A stretch of DNA of 64,000 nucleotides from Vicinamibacterales bacterium (GCA_965263195.1 OZ253664.1:1922250-1986249); one strand, 5' to 3'. Counted from the first letter of the stretch, positions 1-9,568 are shown. Program-made: numbers and translations. The notes: generated by a model from the letters alone, not told the origin.

Positions 1-683
1 TCGGCTGTGCGCGCCAGCACGTTCGCGATCGACGGGGAGAACCGCGTCTCCAGAAACGGAATCAGTTCGTGCCGAACGCGGTTGCGGGTAAAGGCCGGGT
101 CACGGTTGGTCTCGTCCTCCCGGAACGACTGGCCGCGGCCGGCGAGATAGGCGCGCAGCTCAGACCGGGAAACGTGCAGCAGAGGCCGGACCACGCAGCC
201 CGCGCGCGGCCTGATGCCGGCCAGGCCATCCGAACCGGCGCCGCGGATCAGCCGCATGAGGCAGGTCTCGGCCTGGTCGTCCCGGTGGTGTCCTGTCACG
301 ACCCGGTCGGCCCGCAGCCGGGCAGCGGCGCGGCGGAAGAACGCGTAGCGCTCCCGGTGCCCGGCGTCCTCAAGCGAGATGCGGCCGCGGCGCGCCGCCT
401 GCCGGACGTCCACGCGCTCTACGTCGATCGGCAGCGCGAGCGAGGCGGCCAGCTCGCGGCAGAACTGCTCGTCCGCGTCCGCGGCCTCCCGGAGCCGGTG
501 GTTCAGGTGCGCGACGCCAACCAGCACGAACTCGGCCTCCACCGCCAGGTCGCGCAGCAACAGCGTCAGCGCGACCGAGTCGGCCCCGCCGGAGAGCGCG
601 GCCAGCACCCGCCTGCCGGGCGGGACGAGCCGCTCCCGGCGGATGAGGCGCAGGACGCGCTCGTGCAGGAATGAAGACGGCAT
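1..683 (-). CDS. tilS: tRNA(Ile)-lysidine synthetase (5' part; runs off window start)
   Basis: Manual translation from ATG 683: MPSSFLHERVLRLIRRERLVPPGRRVLAALSGGADSVAL...VAHLNHRLR...TGHHRDDQAETCLMRLIRGAG...RPLL...EDETN...RNRVRHELIP. Contains the PP-loop SGGxDS and the HxxDDQAET motifs. Absent from the ORF track because no stop codon falls in the window. Confidence 0.95.
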   Translation of the reverse strand, partial: MPSSFLHERVLRLIRRERLVPPGRRVLAALSGGADSVALTLLLRDLAVEAEFVLVGVAHLNHRLREAADADEQFCRELAASLALPIDVERVDVRQAARRGRISLEDAGHRERYAFFRRAAARLRADRVVTGHHRDDQAETCLMRLIRGAGSDGLAGIRPRAGCVVRPLLHVSRSELRAYLAGRGQSFREDETNRDPAFTRNRVRHELIPFLETRFSPSIANVLARTA

Positions 684-786
684 CGGCCCAGGATTTCGCA
701 GTCTACCAGCCCGTGGCAAAAGCCCCGCCGCATTCGACCGGCGTCTCGCTGCGACGCGGGGTCTTGCCACGGGCTGGTAACCGCTA

Positions 787-815
787 TTGACTCACCGTGA
801 ATCGTCGCGTAACGT
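787..815 (+). promoter_or_regulatory. Putative sigma70-type promoter
   Basis: TTGACT (787-792), 17 bp, TAACGT (810-815), upstream of a GGGAG RBS and ATG 849. Confidence 0.5.
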
Positions 816-848
816 GCGCTTCAGACGTTAGTCCGCCTCATCAGGGAG

Positions 849-2558
849 ATGCGCATGACTCGCCGGCTCCTCGTGTCCGTCTTCGTCGCCGCCACGCTGC
901 TCGCCGACGCACCGGGCATGGCGCAGATCGCTGAGTTCACACCCGTCAGCGACGCGATGCTCCAGAACCCGGCGCCGGCCGACTGGTTGAACTGGCGGCG
1001 CACGCTCGACGCCCAGGCGCACAGTCCCCTCGACCAGATCACGACCGGCAACGCAGCGGGCCTGCGCCTGGCCTGGAGCTGGGCAATGGCCAGCGGCTCG
1101 CAGCAGCCGACGCCGCTCGTCTACGACGGCGTCATGTACCTCGCCAACTCCGGCGAGATCGTGCACGCGCTCGACGCGGCCACCGGCGAGCTGCTCTGGG
1201 AGTACCGCCGCGACGCGCCGGCGCCCGGCGACAGCTACGGGGGACCGCCTCCGGGCCGCGCGCACCGCAACATCGCCATCTATCAGAACATGATCTACCT
1301 GAACACGGCCGACGCGCACGTCATCGCGATCGACGCCCGCACCGGCGACACGGTCTGGGACAATGATGTCGGGAAGGGGGTGGGCTTCCAGTTCTCGAGC
1401 GGGGCCATCGTCGCCGACGGCAAGGTGGTGTCGGGCCTGACCGGCTGCGGCCGCTACCGCGACGACACGTGCTACATCGTCGCCCTCGACGCCGCCACGG
1501 GCGGGGAGCTCTGGCGGACCTCGACCATCGCCCGGCCCGGCGAGCGCGGCGGCGACTCGTGGGGCGATCTCCCGCTCATGTTCCGGGCGGGCAGCGACTC
1601 GTGGATTCCCGGCAGCTACGACCCGATCACGCGGACGCTCTTCCACGGCACCTCGCAGGCCAAGCCGTGGGCGCGGGCCGCCCGCGGCACCGACGGCGAC
1701 GTGCTCTATACCAATTCCACCCTCGCGCTCGATCTGGACACCGGCGAGATGAAATGGTACTTCCAGCACATCCCGGGCGACACGCTCGACATGGACGAGG
1801 TGTTCGAGCGGATCCTGGTCGACTACGACGGCCGGCGCTCCGTCTTCACCATGGGCAAGATGGCCGTGCTGTGGGAGCTGGCGCTGGAGACCGGGCAGTT
1901 CCGCAGCGCGAAGGACCTCGGCTACCAGACCTTCGCCGACGTCGACACGGCGACAGGCCAGCTCACCCACCGCGAAGGTATGATCCCGGTGCTGGGCGAG
2001 CCAGTGTTCTGGTGTCCCAGCACTTCGGGATTCAAGAGCTGGCGCGCCATGTCGTATCACCCGGCGCGCGAAACCTTCTACATCCCGCTCAATCTCAACT
2101 GCGAGACGGCCGTGTTCGGACCGGTCGAGCAGGTTGCGGGCGGCGGCGGGATCGGCCCGGTGCGCCGCACGAACCACATGCATCCGGACAGCCCTGACGG
2201 ATTGGGCGAGCTGCTGGCGATGAGCATGCGGACCGGCGAAATCCGCTGGCGCTTCCGCACGCGGACGCCGATCAACACGGCGGCGCTGACGACGGCCGGA
2301 GATATCGTCGTCGCGGGCGACTGGGACCGCCACCTGTATGTCTTCGACGCGGAGGACGGCGACATCCTGTGGCAGACGCGCCTGCCGCAGTCTCTGCAGG
2401 GCTTTCCCGTCACCTACGAGGCCGGCGGCACGCAGTACATAGCCGCGCCGACGGGTACCGGTGGCGGCAGTTGGGGCACCTCGGTGCCGGCCGATCTCTT
2501 GCCCGACAAGCGGCGGCCGGCGGGTGGGAACGGCGTCTACGTGTTCGCCCTGCCGTAA
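849..2558 (+). CDS. PQQ-dependent dehydrogenase family / PQQ-binding beta-propeller protein, secreted
   Basis: Signal peptide; SPLDQIT, TPLVYDGVMY, ALDAATGELLW docking repeats, W..GSYDP, YTNSTLALDLDTGEMKWYFQH, C-terminal PVTYE...YVFALP. Confidence 0.9.
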   Translation: MRMTRRLLVSVFVAATLLADAPGMAQIAEFTPVSDAMLQNPAPADWLNWRRTLDAQAHSPLDQITTGNAAGLRLAWSWAMASGSQQPTPLVYDGVMYLANSGEIVHALDAATGELLWEYRRDAPAPGDSYGGPPPGRAHRNIAIYQNMIYLNTADAHVIAIDARTGDTVWDNDVGKGVGFQFSSGAIVADGKVVSGLTGCGRYRDDTCYIVALDAATGGELWRTSTIARPGERGGDSWGDLPLMFRAGSDSWIPGSYDPITRTLFHGTSQAKPWARAARGTDGDVLYTNSTLALDLDTGEMKWYFQHIPGDTLDMDEVFERILVDYDGRRSVFTMGKMAVLWELALETGQFRSAKDLGYQTFADVDTATGQLTHREGMIPVLGEPVFWCPSTSGFKSWRAMSYHPARETFYIPLNLNCETAVFGPVEQVAGGGGIGPVRRTNHMHPDSPDGLGELLAMSMRTGEIRWRFRTRTPINTAALTTAGDIVVAGDWDRHLYVFDAEDGDILWQTRLPQSLQGFPVTYEAGGTQYIAAPTGTGGGSWGTSVPADLLPDKRRPAGGNGVYVFALP

Positions 2559-2602
2559 ATAGGCGGCACAGGGGTCCCGCTGTTGGCCGCCAGGGCCAGC
2601 GG

Positions 2603-3322
2603 CTAACGGGTGTGCATGGCGAGCATCTCGTACCAGCCTTCCAGCGCCACTTCGCCGGCCGGAGCACTCGCCTGACGCTCGAGAATGATCTCGCGCGTGT
2701 CGTACGGGTAGTCGTAGTACCGCTCGTTAGCGTCCCGGTCCGTCCGCACCGTGGAACCCTCGAGGCTGACGCCGGCGAACAGGCCGCGCGACCGCGAATA
2801 GCTGAGGATTTCGGCCGTCAGCAGCAGGTCGGTCGCCGCGGCGGCGCTCCGCCCCACCGGACCGGCGGCCACGGACGCGTCGGCGCCGATCTTGAACTGG
2901 TTCCCCAGAAACCGGTCCAGGCCGCGCCGGTTCATGATCAGTAGCATGATGTCGGTCGCCTGCCCGCCGATCTGCAGGCCGAAGCTGGCGCCCGTAATCG
3001 TCAGAAACGCCGGCAGCGACCACTCGCCCGTCCGGACGTCGCGGGCGGTGATGATGCCCCGCCCGCGGTGGCCGCCGAAGATGAAGCCGCCGCGGACGGT
3101 CGACGGAAAGATCGCGATGGCGTCGACATTCGACATCACGCTGCGCGGGACGCCCGAATCGGCCGCGGTCATGATCTGCTGCAGCACCCTGGCCGAATCC
3201 CAGATCCGATCCACTTCGTCCGACTGCGCGGACAGCACGGCCGGGTCTGCCCCCAGCGCCAGGCAGAGCACCAGCCCCGCGAGCAATGAACCGCCGGGGA
3301 ATCTCGTGCGCACTACCTTCAT
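2603..3322 (-). CDS. Lipid-binding SYLF (YSC84-like) domain protein, secreted
   Basis: Likely start MKVVRTRF at 3322, overlapping the upstream stop. GGFIFGGHRGRG, GASFGLQIGGQATD, DASVAAGPVGR and YSRSRGLFAGVSLEGS are SYLF signatures. Confidence 0.9.
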   Translation of the reverse strand: MKVVRTRFPGGSLLAGLVLCLALGADPAVLSAQSDEVDRIWDSARVLQQIMTAADSGVPRSVMSNVDAIAIFPSTVRGGFIFGGHRGRGIITARDVRTGEWSLPAFLTITGASFGLQIGGQATDIMLLIMNRRGLDRFLGNQFKIGADASVAAGPVGRSAAAATDLLLTAEILSYSRSRGLFAGVSLEGSTVRTDRDANERYYDYPYDTREIILERQASAPAGEVALEGWYEMLAMHTR

Positions 3323-5028
3323 CGGTCGCGCAGCGCGAAGGTCGACAGGGCGTTGCCGGCGATCGCGGCCACGTACTGCCGGCCTTCCACCTCGTAGGTC
3401 ATCGGGCCGTTGACGAGCTGGCCGCCGAGGCTTGCCTTCCAGAACACGTCGCCCGTGCGGGCGTCGAGCGCCTGGAAGTAGCCCGACCGCGCGCCGGTGA
3501 ACAGCAGGTCCGAGGCGGTCGTCAGGATGCCGCTGCTGATGACGTCGGTCATCTCGAACTTCCAGCGCGGCTCGCCCGTCAGGGCGTCGACCGCCAGCAC
3601 CGCCCCATGCCCCACCGCGTCGGTCCACCTGTTGATCGGCCCGCGCGTCAGCCCCGGCACGGTCGGCGCATTGGTAACCGGCCTGAATCTGCCCGGCCGA
3701 CTGCCGACGAACCGTTGCCCCGGCTCGTACACCTGCGGCGCGCCGCCGAAGACCGTGGAGTAGTCTTCCCAGGCCGGGATGTAGAACAGCCCCGTCCGCG
3801 GGCTGTACGCCGGCGAGTACCAATTGGTCCCGCCCTGGATGCCGGGATAGGTGGGCGCGCCGAGCGGCTGCGGCGTCTCGACCGGACGCCCGCTGTCGTC
3901 GAGACCCTCCGCCCAGTTCACCCGCACGAACGGACGGCCGGTCAGAAAGCGCCCCGTCACCCGGTCCAGCACGTAGAAGAACCCGTTGCGGTTCGCCCAC
4001 AGCATCACCTTGAACACGGTGCCGCCGCGCTCGATGTCCGCCAGCACCGGGATCTGCACCGAGTCGTAGTCGTACGGATCGTTGGGCGTGAACTGGAAAT
4101 GCCAGCGGATCTCCCCGGTGTCGGCGTCGAGCGCCACCACCGAATTCGAATACAGATTGTCGCCCGGCCGCTGCTCGCGGTAGAAGTCCGGCCCCGGGTT
4201 GCCGATGCCCCAGTACGTCAGGTTGAGCTCCGGGTCGTACGACCCGGTGAGCCAGGCCGGCGCACCGCCGTGCTTCCACGCCTCCGGGTCGCAGTACGTC
4301 TCCGGATTCGGCGGGCACGGCTCCCACGTCTCGTGGCCCGGCTCGCCGGGGCCCGGAATGGTGTGGAAGCGCCACGCCTCCTCGCCCGTCTCGGCATCGA
4401 GCGCCGCGATGAACCCGCGCACGCCGCGGTCGCCGCCGGAGGTGCCGACGATCACCTTGTCCTTGATGGCCAGCGGCGCCAGCGTGAAGGAGTACGCCAC
4501 GTGCTTGTCGGCCATCTCCACGTCCCACAGCTCGACGCCGGTCGCCGCGTCGATCGCCACGACGTGCGCGTCGAGCGTCGCCATGAAAACCCGGTCGCCG
4601 AGCACCGCCACCCCGCGGTTGTTCGACCCGCAGCAGGCGCGGTGGTCGGACGGCGTCGGATAGCCGTAGACCCAGAACACGCGGCCCGTGCGGGCGTCGA
4701 GCGCGACGATGTCGTTGGGCCGCTGCGTCAGATACATCACGCCGTCGACAACGATCGGCGTCGTCTGCCAGGGGCCGAAGACCGGCGTCTGGTATACCCA
4801 CTGCAGCTCCAGGTCGCCGACGTTGGCCGGCGTGATCTGGTCAAGCGTGCTGTAACGCTGACTGAAGTAACCGCCGGAATAGGTCAGCCAGTTGTGCGGC
4901 TCGCTCGCCGCCTCCCGCAGGCGCGCAAACGGCACCTGCGCCGCCAGTCCGTCCGCGATCAGTAACCCAAACGCGACCGCCAGCAGGCAGCCCGCCACGA
5001 AACCGCGCGCCGTCGTCCTGCGTCGCAT
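3319..5028 (-). CDS. PQQ-dependent dehydrogenase, methanol/ethanol family
   Basis: Signal peptide; vicinal cysteines RACCGSNNRG; GNPGPD, RPGDNLYSNSVVALDADTG, QFTPNDPYDYD, ANRNGFFYVLDR, GGTNW. Confidence 0.92.
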   Translation of the reverse strand: MRRRTTARGFVAGCLLAVAFGLLIADGLAAQVPFARLREAASEPHNWLTYSGGYFSQRYSTLDQITPANVGDLELQWVYQTPVFGPWQTTPIVVDGVMYLTQRPNDIVALDARTGRVFWVYGYPTPSDHRACCGSNNRGVAVLGDRVFMATLDAHVVAIDAATGVELWDVEMADKHVAYSFTLAPLAIKDKVIVGTSGGDRGVRGFIAALDAETGEEAWRFHTIPGPGEPGHETWEPCPPNPETYCDPEAWKHGGAPAWLTGSYDPELNLTYWGIGNPGPDFYREQRPGDNLYSNSVVALDADTGEIRWHFQFTPNDPYDYDSVQIPVLADIERGGTVFKVMLWANRNGFFYVLDRVTGRFLTGRPFVRVNWAEGLDDSGRPVETPQPLGAPTYPGIQGGTNWYSPAYSPRTGLFYIPAWEDYSTVFGGAPQVYEPGQRFVGSRPGRFRPVTNAPTVPGLTRGPINRWTDAVGHGAVLAVDALTGEPRWKFEMTDVISSGILTTASDLLFTGARSGYFQALDARTGDVFWKASLGGQLVNGPMTYEVEGRQYVAAIAGNALSTFALRDR

Positions 5029-5033
5029 GGCGC

Positions 5034-5807
5034 TTAGCCTTTCAGGGAAACGAGGTACGCCAGCACGTCGGCGAGCTCCTGCTCGTCGAGCTGGTCCGCG
5101 TAGGACGGCATCGGCGACTCGGTGCCAACGGTGAACTGCTGCAGGCGATCCTTGTCGAACGAGCGCAGCCGCCCCTGCTCGTCGATGATCTGTACCGTGT
5201 AGGTGTCCTCGTTGAGCCGGCGGCCGTTGACGCGCTCGCCCTCGTCGGTCACCAGTTCGACGGGGCGATCGATGGGCCGCATGGTCCCGGTCGGATCGAG
5301 CAGCGAACGGCGCAGCGCGCTCGGCGGCCGTGCGGTGCCGATGGCCGTCAGGTCCGGTGAGCCGCGCGGACCGCGCTGCTTCACGCGGTGACAGCTCAGG
5401 CAGTCGCCCTGCCCCTCGAAGATCGCTCGCCCGCGCCCGGCGTCACCCAGCGCGATCGCATCCGCCTCGTAGTTGGGGTTGCGCAGAAAGGCGACGATGC
5501 CGGTCATCTCGGCCGTGTCGAGGTCGAACGCCAGCATCCCGGTGTCGGGAATGCCGTTGCGGATGAGCGCCTGCAACTCCCGGTCCGACCCGGCCCGCCG
5601 AAACTGGCCGCTGCGCAGGTCGACGCCGGCGATGCCGTCGCCGCTGTCGCCGTGGCAGCTGACGCACTGCGACCGGTAGACGCTCAGGCCGTACTCGATG
5701 TCGGCGGAGTCGTAGTCGCCGTGATCCTGCGCGTGCGCCGGACCGCTCCAGCCAATCAGCAGCAGCGCCGCACAGACTGACAACCGTACGAAGATCGATC
5801 GGGTCAT
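5034..5807 (-). CDS. Di-heme c-type cytochrome, probable electron acceptor of the adjacent PQQ dehydrogenase
   Basis: Signal peptide from MTRSIF (GGGAGG RBS); CVSCH and CLSCH motifs; C-terminal SPMPSY...LADVLAYLVSLK. Confidence 0.88.
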   Translation of the reverse strand: MTRSIFVRLSVCAALLLIGWSGPAHAQDHGDYDSADIEYGLSVYRSQCVSCHGDSGDGIAGVDLRSGQFRRAGSDRELQALIRNGIPDTGMLAFDLDTAEMTGIVAFLRNPNYEADAIALGDAGRGRAIFEGQGDCLSCHRVKQRGPRGSPDLTAIGTARPPSALRRSLLDPTGTMRPIDRPVELVTDEGERVNGRRLNEDTYTVQIIDEQGRLRSFDKDRLQQFTVGTESPMPSYADQLDEQELADVLAYLVSLKG

Positions 5808-5852
5808 GCGTATCCTCCCGCGAAGCACCAATTATAGCGCCAGAAAGACCGC

Positions 5853-8132
5853 TCAGAACCGGTGCGTGTAGTTGATTTTGGTGGTGGCGCCCCGCGACAG
5901 GGTCACGAACCGGTCATCCGTCGACTGCCAGTTCTCCGTGTAGACGAAATAGAAGTCGCGTCCCGGCCGCAAGATCCAGCGCACGCGCGTGTACAGACCG
6001 GTGACGGACGTGACGGTGTCGTACTGGATATTCCCGTCGAACGCCACCCACGGGCTCGCGTGCCAGCTGCCGAGCACCCGGATGAGGTTGGTCGTGAAAC
6101 GCCCCTCGAACAGGTCGACGTCCTCATGCTCCCACTCGGTAGTGGCGGTAACGCCGTGCAGCGGCCGCGCGGTGAGGGCGAGTTCCACCGCCGAGCGGTT
6201 GCCGGACCAGAAGTGCCCCACCATGATCGACGCGCTGCCGGACAGGCGGCGGTGGCTGGCGCTCTCGGCCCGCAGCTCCCAATCGTCGAACGTGTACTTC
6301 CCCACCGGCAGCACCACGCCCGGATGGATGTCGAACGGTGCGTCGAGCTGTTCGAAGCGAAAGTTCCGCCGCAGATCGAAGCGGTCGCCGCTGTCGTAGA
6401 CGACGCCGAGCAGCTGCAGCCCCGTCTCGCGCGTCAAGAGCCGATTGTGGAGATCGGAGAGATGTTCGTGGTAGACGCGGAACTCCAGGTTGCGCACGCT
6501 GGCGAACCAGTCGGGCCGCGGCGCAAACGTAACGACCGGATTCGCGCGGCGGATCCCCCGGCGCTGCACGAAGCCGACCGCCGGGTCCCACTCGTCGCCG
6601 AACTCGCGGTACGAGAGGTGCGCCCGCCACACGTCGTTCGGATAGTTGATGCGGAACCCGCGCGACGCGCGATCGGCGGCGCCCTTGATGCCGCCCCGCT
6701 CCGGATCGGTGTGCACGACGTAGAACGCCTGCATCTGCAGGTTCTTGTCGCCGAGAAACGTCGAGGTGAACAGGTCGAGGTCCACGCCGGCGGTGTGCCG
6801 GTCGACGGGTGCCGGGCCACGCTCCGATGCGGCCGTCGAGCGGCGCGTATAGATGAAGCCGATGCTCGACTGCGCCAGGAAGTTCCGCTTGACCCGGCCC
6901 ACGGTGAACTGTTCGGCCGGCCGGCCGTCCACCGGCCCCGTGCGGACCTGGAGGAAGCCGAGGTCGTACGCGCCTGCCTGCCCTGCCAGCCGCGCGCCGT
7001 ACTCGATGGGGATCACCTGCCCCTCGTCGAGGCCGATGCGCCGGCTGAAGTACGGATTCACGGCGTTGAGCGGCGCGAACTCGAAGATGTTCGCGTTCTC
7101 CAGGAAGAAGTCGCGCTGCTCGGGATAGAAGAGCGGGAAGCGGGTCAGGTTGACGCGGCGCCGGTCGACCTCCGCTTCCGCGAAGTCGGTGTTGACGGTC
7201 ACCGCCCCGCGCAGGTTGGGGGTGACGCTGTAGTTGACGTCGATGCCGGCGTCGAGCGGCGTTTCGCGCGGCTCACCCGCCACCTCGCGCCAGGCCGCCG
7301 CGCCGTACGGCACCACCTCCAGGCCGAGCCCCTGCGTCACGTCGCGGACGCCGGTGAGCCGGCCCGCGTGGATCGGCCGCAGCAGGCCTTGATTGCGCCG
7401 GAAGCCGGACCACACCAGCTCCTCGTTCTTGCGCCGCACGGTGCGCTGGAAGTTGATGCCCCACGTGTCCGACGACTCGTCGAAGTTGAGCGTGCGGAAC
7501 GGGATGCGGATCTCCGCGGACCAGCCGAACCGGCCGCGCGCTGTCCGCGCCTCCCAGATACCGTCCCAGGCCTTGTTGACCGAGCCGTAGCCGGTGGCGC
7601 GCACCAGCCCGTCGCCCATCAGCCCGGCCGGATTGGTCTCGAAGAAGTACGCCGTGCGCCCGTCGAGGAACGTGTCGAGGATCAGCATGAAGCGGTCGTC
7701 GGACGACAGGTCCTGGTCCCGCCGCCGCTGAAAACCGATGATGCCGTCCGGATCGCTGTCGTGCAGCGTCGCGCCGATGTACAGGTTGTCGGCGTCGTAC
7801 GCCACGCGCACCTCGGTCCGCTCGGTCGGCTGCTGCCCTTCGACCGGCTCCTGCTGCAGAAAGCGGTCGGAAACCGGCGCGCGCGCCCACGGCGACTCGT
7901 CGAGCCGGCCGTCGAGCGCGATCCGCTCGCCCGGCGCCAGGCGCACCGCCTGCAGGCTTGGCCGCGCTCCGGCGCCCTGCGCCCGCAGCGGGACCTGTGC
8001 CCAACCCACCACGCACACCAGGACGAGCAGGCCGCGCACGGCGCGGCCCGGCGGTCGCGGCGCGGGGCGAGGGGGCCCCGCTAGCGGCCTCCGGGGGTTT
8101 GGGGCGTAGCCCCATGTAACGATGCCGCGCAT
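5853..8132 (-). CDS. DUF5916 / carbohydrate-binding family 9-like outer-membrane protein
   Basis: LDGRLDE..W, TEVRVAYDADNLY, WSAEIRIPFRTL, TVNTDFAEAEVD, NLTRFPLFYPEQRDFFLE, YFSRRIG; C-terminal aromatic residue (YTHRF). Start is either ATG 8132 or GTG 8039 (see the repeat finding). Confidence 0.85.
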   Translation of the reverse strand: MRGIVTWGYAPNPRRPLAGPPRPAPRPPGRAVRGLLVLVCVVGWAQVPLRAQGAGARPSLQAVRLAPGERIALDGRLDESPWARAPVSDRFLQQEPVEGQQPTERTEVRVAYDADNLYIGATLHDSDPDGIIGFQRRRDQDLSSDDRFMLILDTFLDGRTAYFFETNPAGLMGDGLVRATGYGSVNKAWDGIWEARTARGRFGWSAEIRIPFRTLNFDESSDTWGINFQRTVRRKNEELVWSGFRRNQGLLRPIHAGRLTGVRDVTQGLGLEVVPYGAAAWREVAGEPRETPLDAGIDVNYSVTPNLRGAVTVNTDFAEAEVDRRRVNLTRFPLFYPEQRDFFLENANIFEFAPLNAVNPYFSRRIGLDEGQVIPIEYGARLAGQAGAYDLGFLQVRTGPVDGRPAEQFTVGRVKRNFLAQSSIGFIYTRRSTAASERGPAPVDRHTAGVDLDLFTSTFLGDKNLQMQAFYVVHTDPERGGIKGAADRASRGFRINYPNDVWRAHLSYREFGDEWDPAVGFVQRRGIRRANPVVTFAPRPDWFASVRNLEFRVYHEHLSDLHNRLLTRETGLQLLGVVYDSGDRFDLRRNFRFEQLDAPFDIHPGVVLPVGKYTFDDWELRAESASHRRLSGSASIMVGHFWSGNRSAVELALTARPLHGVTATTEWEHEDVDLFEGRFTTNLIRVLGSWHASPWVAFDGNIQYDTVTSVTGLYTRVRWILRPGRDFYFVYTENWQSTDDRFVTLSRGATTKINYTHRF
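8031..8114. repeat. Structured REP/MITE-like repeat, copy 1
   Basis: GCCGCGCACGGCGCGG...GCGGCGCGGGGCGA...CCCCGCTAGCG...CCGGGGGTTTGGGGCGTAGCCCCA; closely similar to 50001-50086 and to the reverse complement of 11665-11737. Confidence 0.9.
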
Positions 8133-8215
8133 CCGCTCAGGCCGGCCGCGGCGACCTTGCACTTTCGGGAGCCTTGCGCGAAGATTCGCAGATGTTCGTG
8201 CGGGCAGGAGGCACT

Positions 8216-9565
8216 GTGAAGTCTCAGTCGATGATTGCTGTCGCCGCGGTGCTGCTGCTGGCGGCCGGTTCCACGGGCATCCCGGCCGCGGCGGCCGAAG
8301 ACAACTGGCCGCGGTTCCGCGGGCTCCGGGCTGGTGTGGCAGAGGATAGCCCAACGTTGCCCGAATCCTGGAGTCCGACCGAGAACGTCGTCTGGAAGCT
8401 GGAGGTGCCCGGCCAGGGCTGGAGCTCCCCGATCGTCTGGGAAGACCTGGTCGTGGTCACGTCCGTGGTGAGTAACGACCCGGGTCCCGGCCCGCAGTTG
8501 GGACTGTACGACGGCCACTCGTCGGCCGCCATCCCGACCTCGATCCACCGCTGGATGGTGTACGGCATCGATCTCCAGAGCGGGCAGGTGCGCTGGGAGC
8601 GCGAGGTGCGCGCCTCGCCGCCGCCGATCGCCCGGCACGGCAAGAACACGTACGCATCCGAGACGCCGGTCACCGACGGAGAGCGGATCTACGTCTACTT
8701 CGGCGGCATCGGTCTGTATGCGTTCAGCCTCGACGGCACACCGGTCTGGTCGCAGGAGCTGGAGCCCCTGGAGTACCGCCACGGCTGGGGCAGCGGCGCT
8801 TCGCCGGTGCTGCACGAAGACCGCCTGTACATCGTGAACGACAACGACGGCCAGTCCTTCCTCGCGGCGTACGACAAGCGGACCGGCGATGAGGTCCTGC
8901 ACGTCGACCGCGAAGAAGGGAGCAACTGGTCCACGCCGTTCATCTGGGAGAACAACCTCCGCACGGAAATCATCACCGCCGGCACCGACAAGGTGCGCTC
9001 GTACGGCCTGGACGGCGAGCTGCTGTGGGAACTGATCGGCATGACCTGGATCACCGCGCCGACGCCGTATGCCGCGCACGGCCTGTTGTATGTCAGCTCC
9101 GGCTTTCTCGCCGATCAGGTACGGCCGGTGTACGCCATCCGGCCGGGCGCGATCGGCGACATCACGCTGCAGGACGGCCGCGACCGCAACGAGTACATCG
9201 CGTGGTCGAATCCGAAGCTCGGCACCTACAGCACGTCGTCGCTCGTGTACGGCGACTTCCTCTACACGCTGCTCGACCGTGGCTTCCTGATCTGCACCGA
9301 CGCCAGAACCGGCCGCGAGGTGTATTCGCGCAAGCGGATCGCGCGGCGCGCCACCGCGTTCACCGCCTCGCCGTGGGCGTACAACGGGAAGATCTTCGCC
9401 CTCAGCGAAGAAGGCGAAACGTTCGTCATCCGGGCCGGCCCGGAATACGAGGTGCTCGGCAGCAACGCGCTCGACGAGATGGCGATGGCGACACCGGCCG
9501 TCGCCGACGGGAGCCTGTTGATCCGGACCGCTTCGCACCTGTACCGGATCGCGGAGACGCACTAG
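8216..9565 (+). CDS. PQQ-binding-like beta-propeller repeat protein (BamB-like), secreted
   Basis: AGGAGG RBS then GTG 8216; signal peptide; NWPRFRG, ENVVWK..VPGQGWSSPIVW, NTYASETPVTDG, WSTP, ASP, ATPAVADG. Confidence 0.88.
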   Translation: MKSQSMIAVAAVLLLAAGSTGIPAAAAEDNWPRFRGLRAGVAEDSPTLPESWSPTENVVWKLEVPGQGWSSPIVWEDLVVVTSVVSNDPGPGPQLGLYDGHSSAAIPTSIHRWMVYGIDLQSGQVRWEREVRASPPPIARHGKNTYASETPVTDGERIYVYFGGIGLYAFSLDGTPVWSQELEPLEYRHGWGSGASPVLHEDRLYIVNDNDGQSFLAAYDKRTGDEVLHVDREEGSNWSTPFIWENNLRTEIITAGTDKVRSYGLDGELLWELIGMTWITAPTPYAAHGLLYVSSGFLADQVRPVYAIRPGAIGDITLQDGRDRNEYIAWSNPKLGTYSTSSLVYGDFLYTLLDRGFLICTDARTGREVYSRKRIARRATAFTASPWAYNGKIFALSEEGETFVIRAGPEYEVLGSNALDEMAMATPAVADGSLLIRTASHLYRIAETH

Positions 9566-9568
9566 GTC

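Noticed and set aside
69-780. Plus-strand ORFs 69..674 and 379..780
   Set aside because: Antisense shadows of tilS, which is clearly encoded on the minus strand.
3323-4801. N-terminal 493 codons of the 732-aa ORF 2603..4801 (apparent fusion to SYLF)
   Set aside because: Arg/Gly-rich off-frame read of the PQQ-ADH gene; the SYLF protein has its own start and signal peptide at 3322.
5862-8084. Long antisense or off-frame ORFs (e.g. 5862..8084, 22312..24213, 40163..43627, 46501..49326, 50097..52037)
   Set aside because: Typical stop-poor shadow frames of high-GC genes; no motifs, and each overlaps a recognisable gene.
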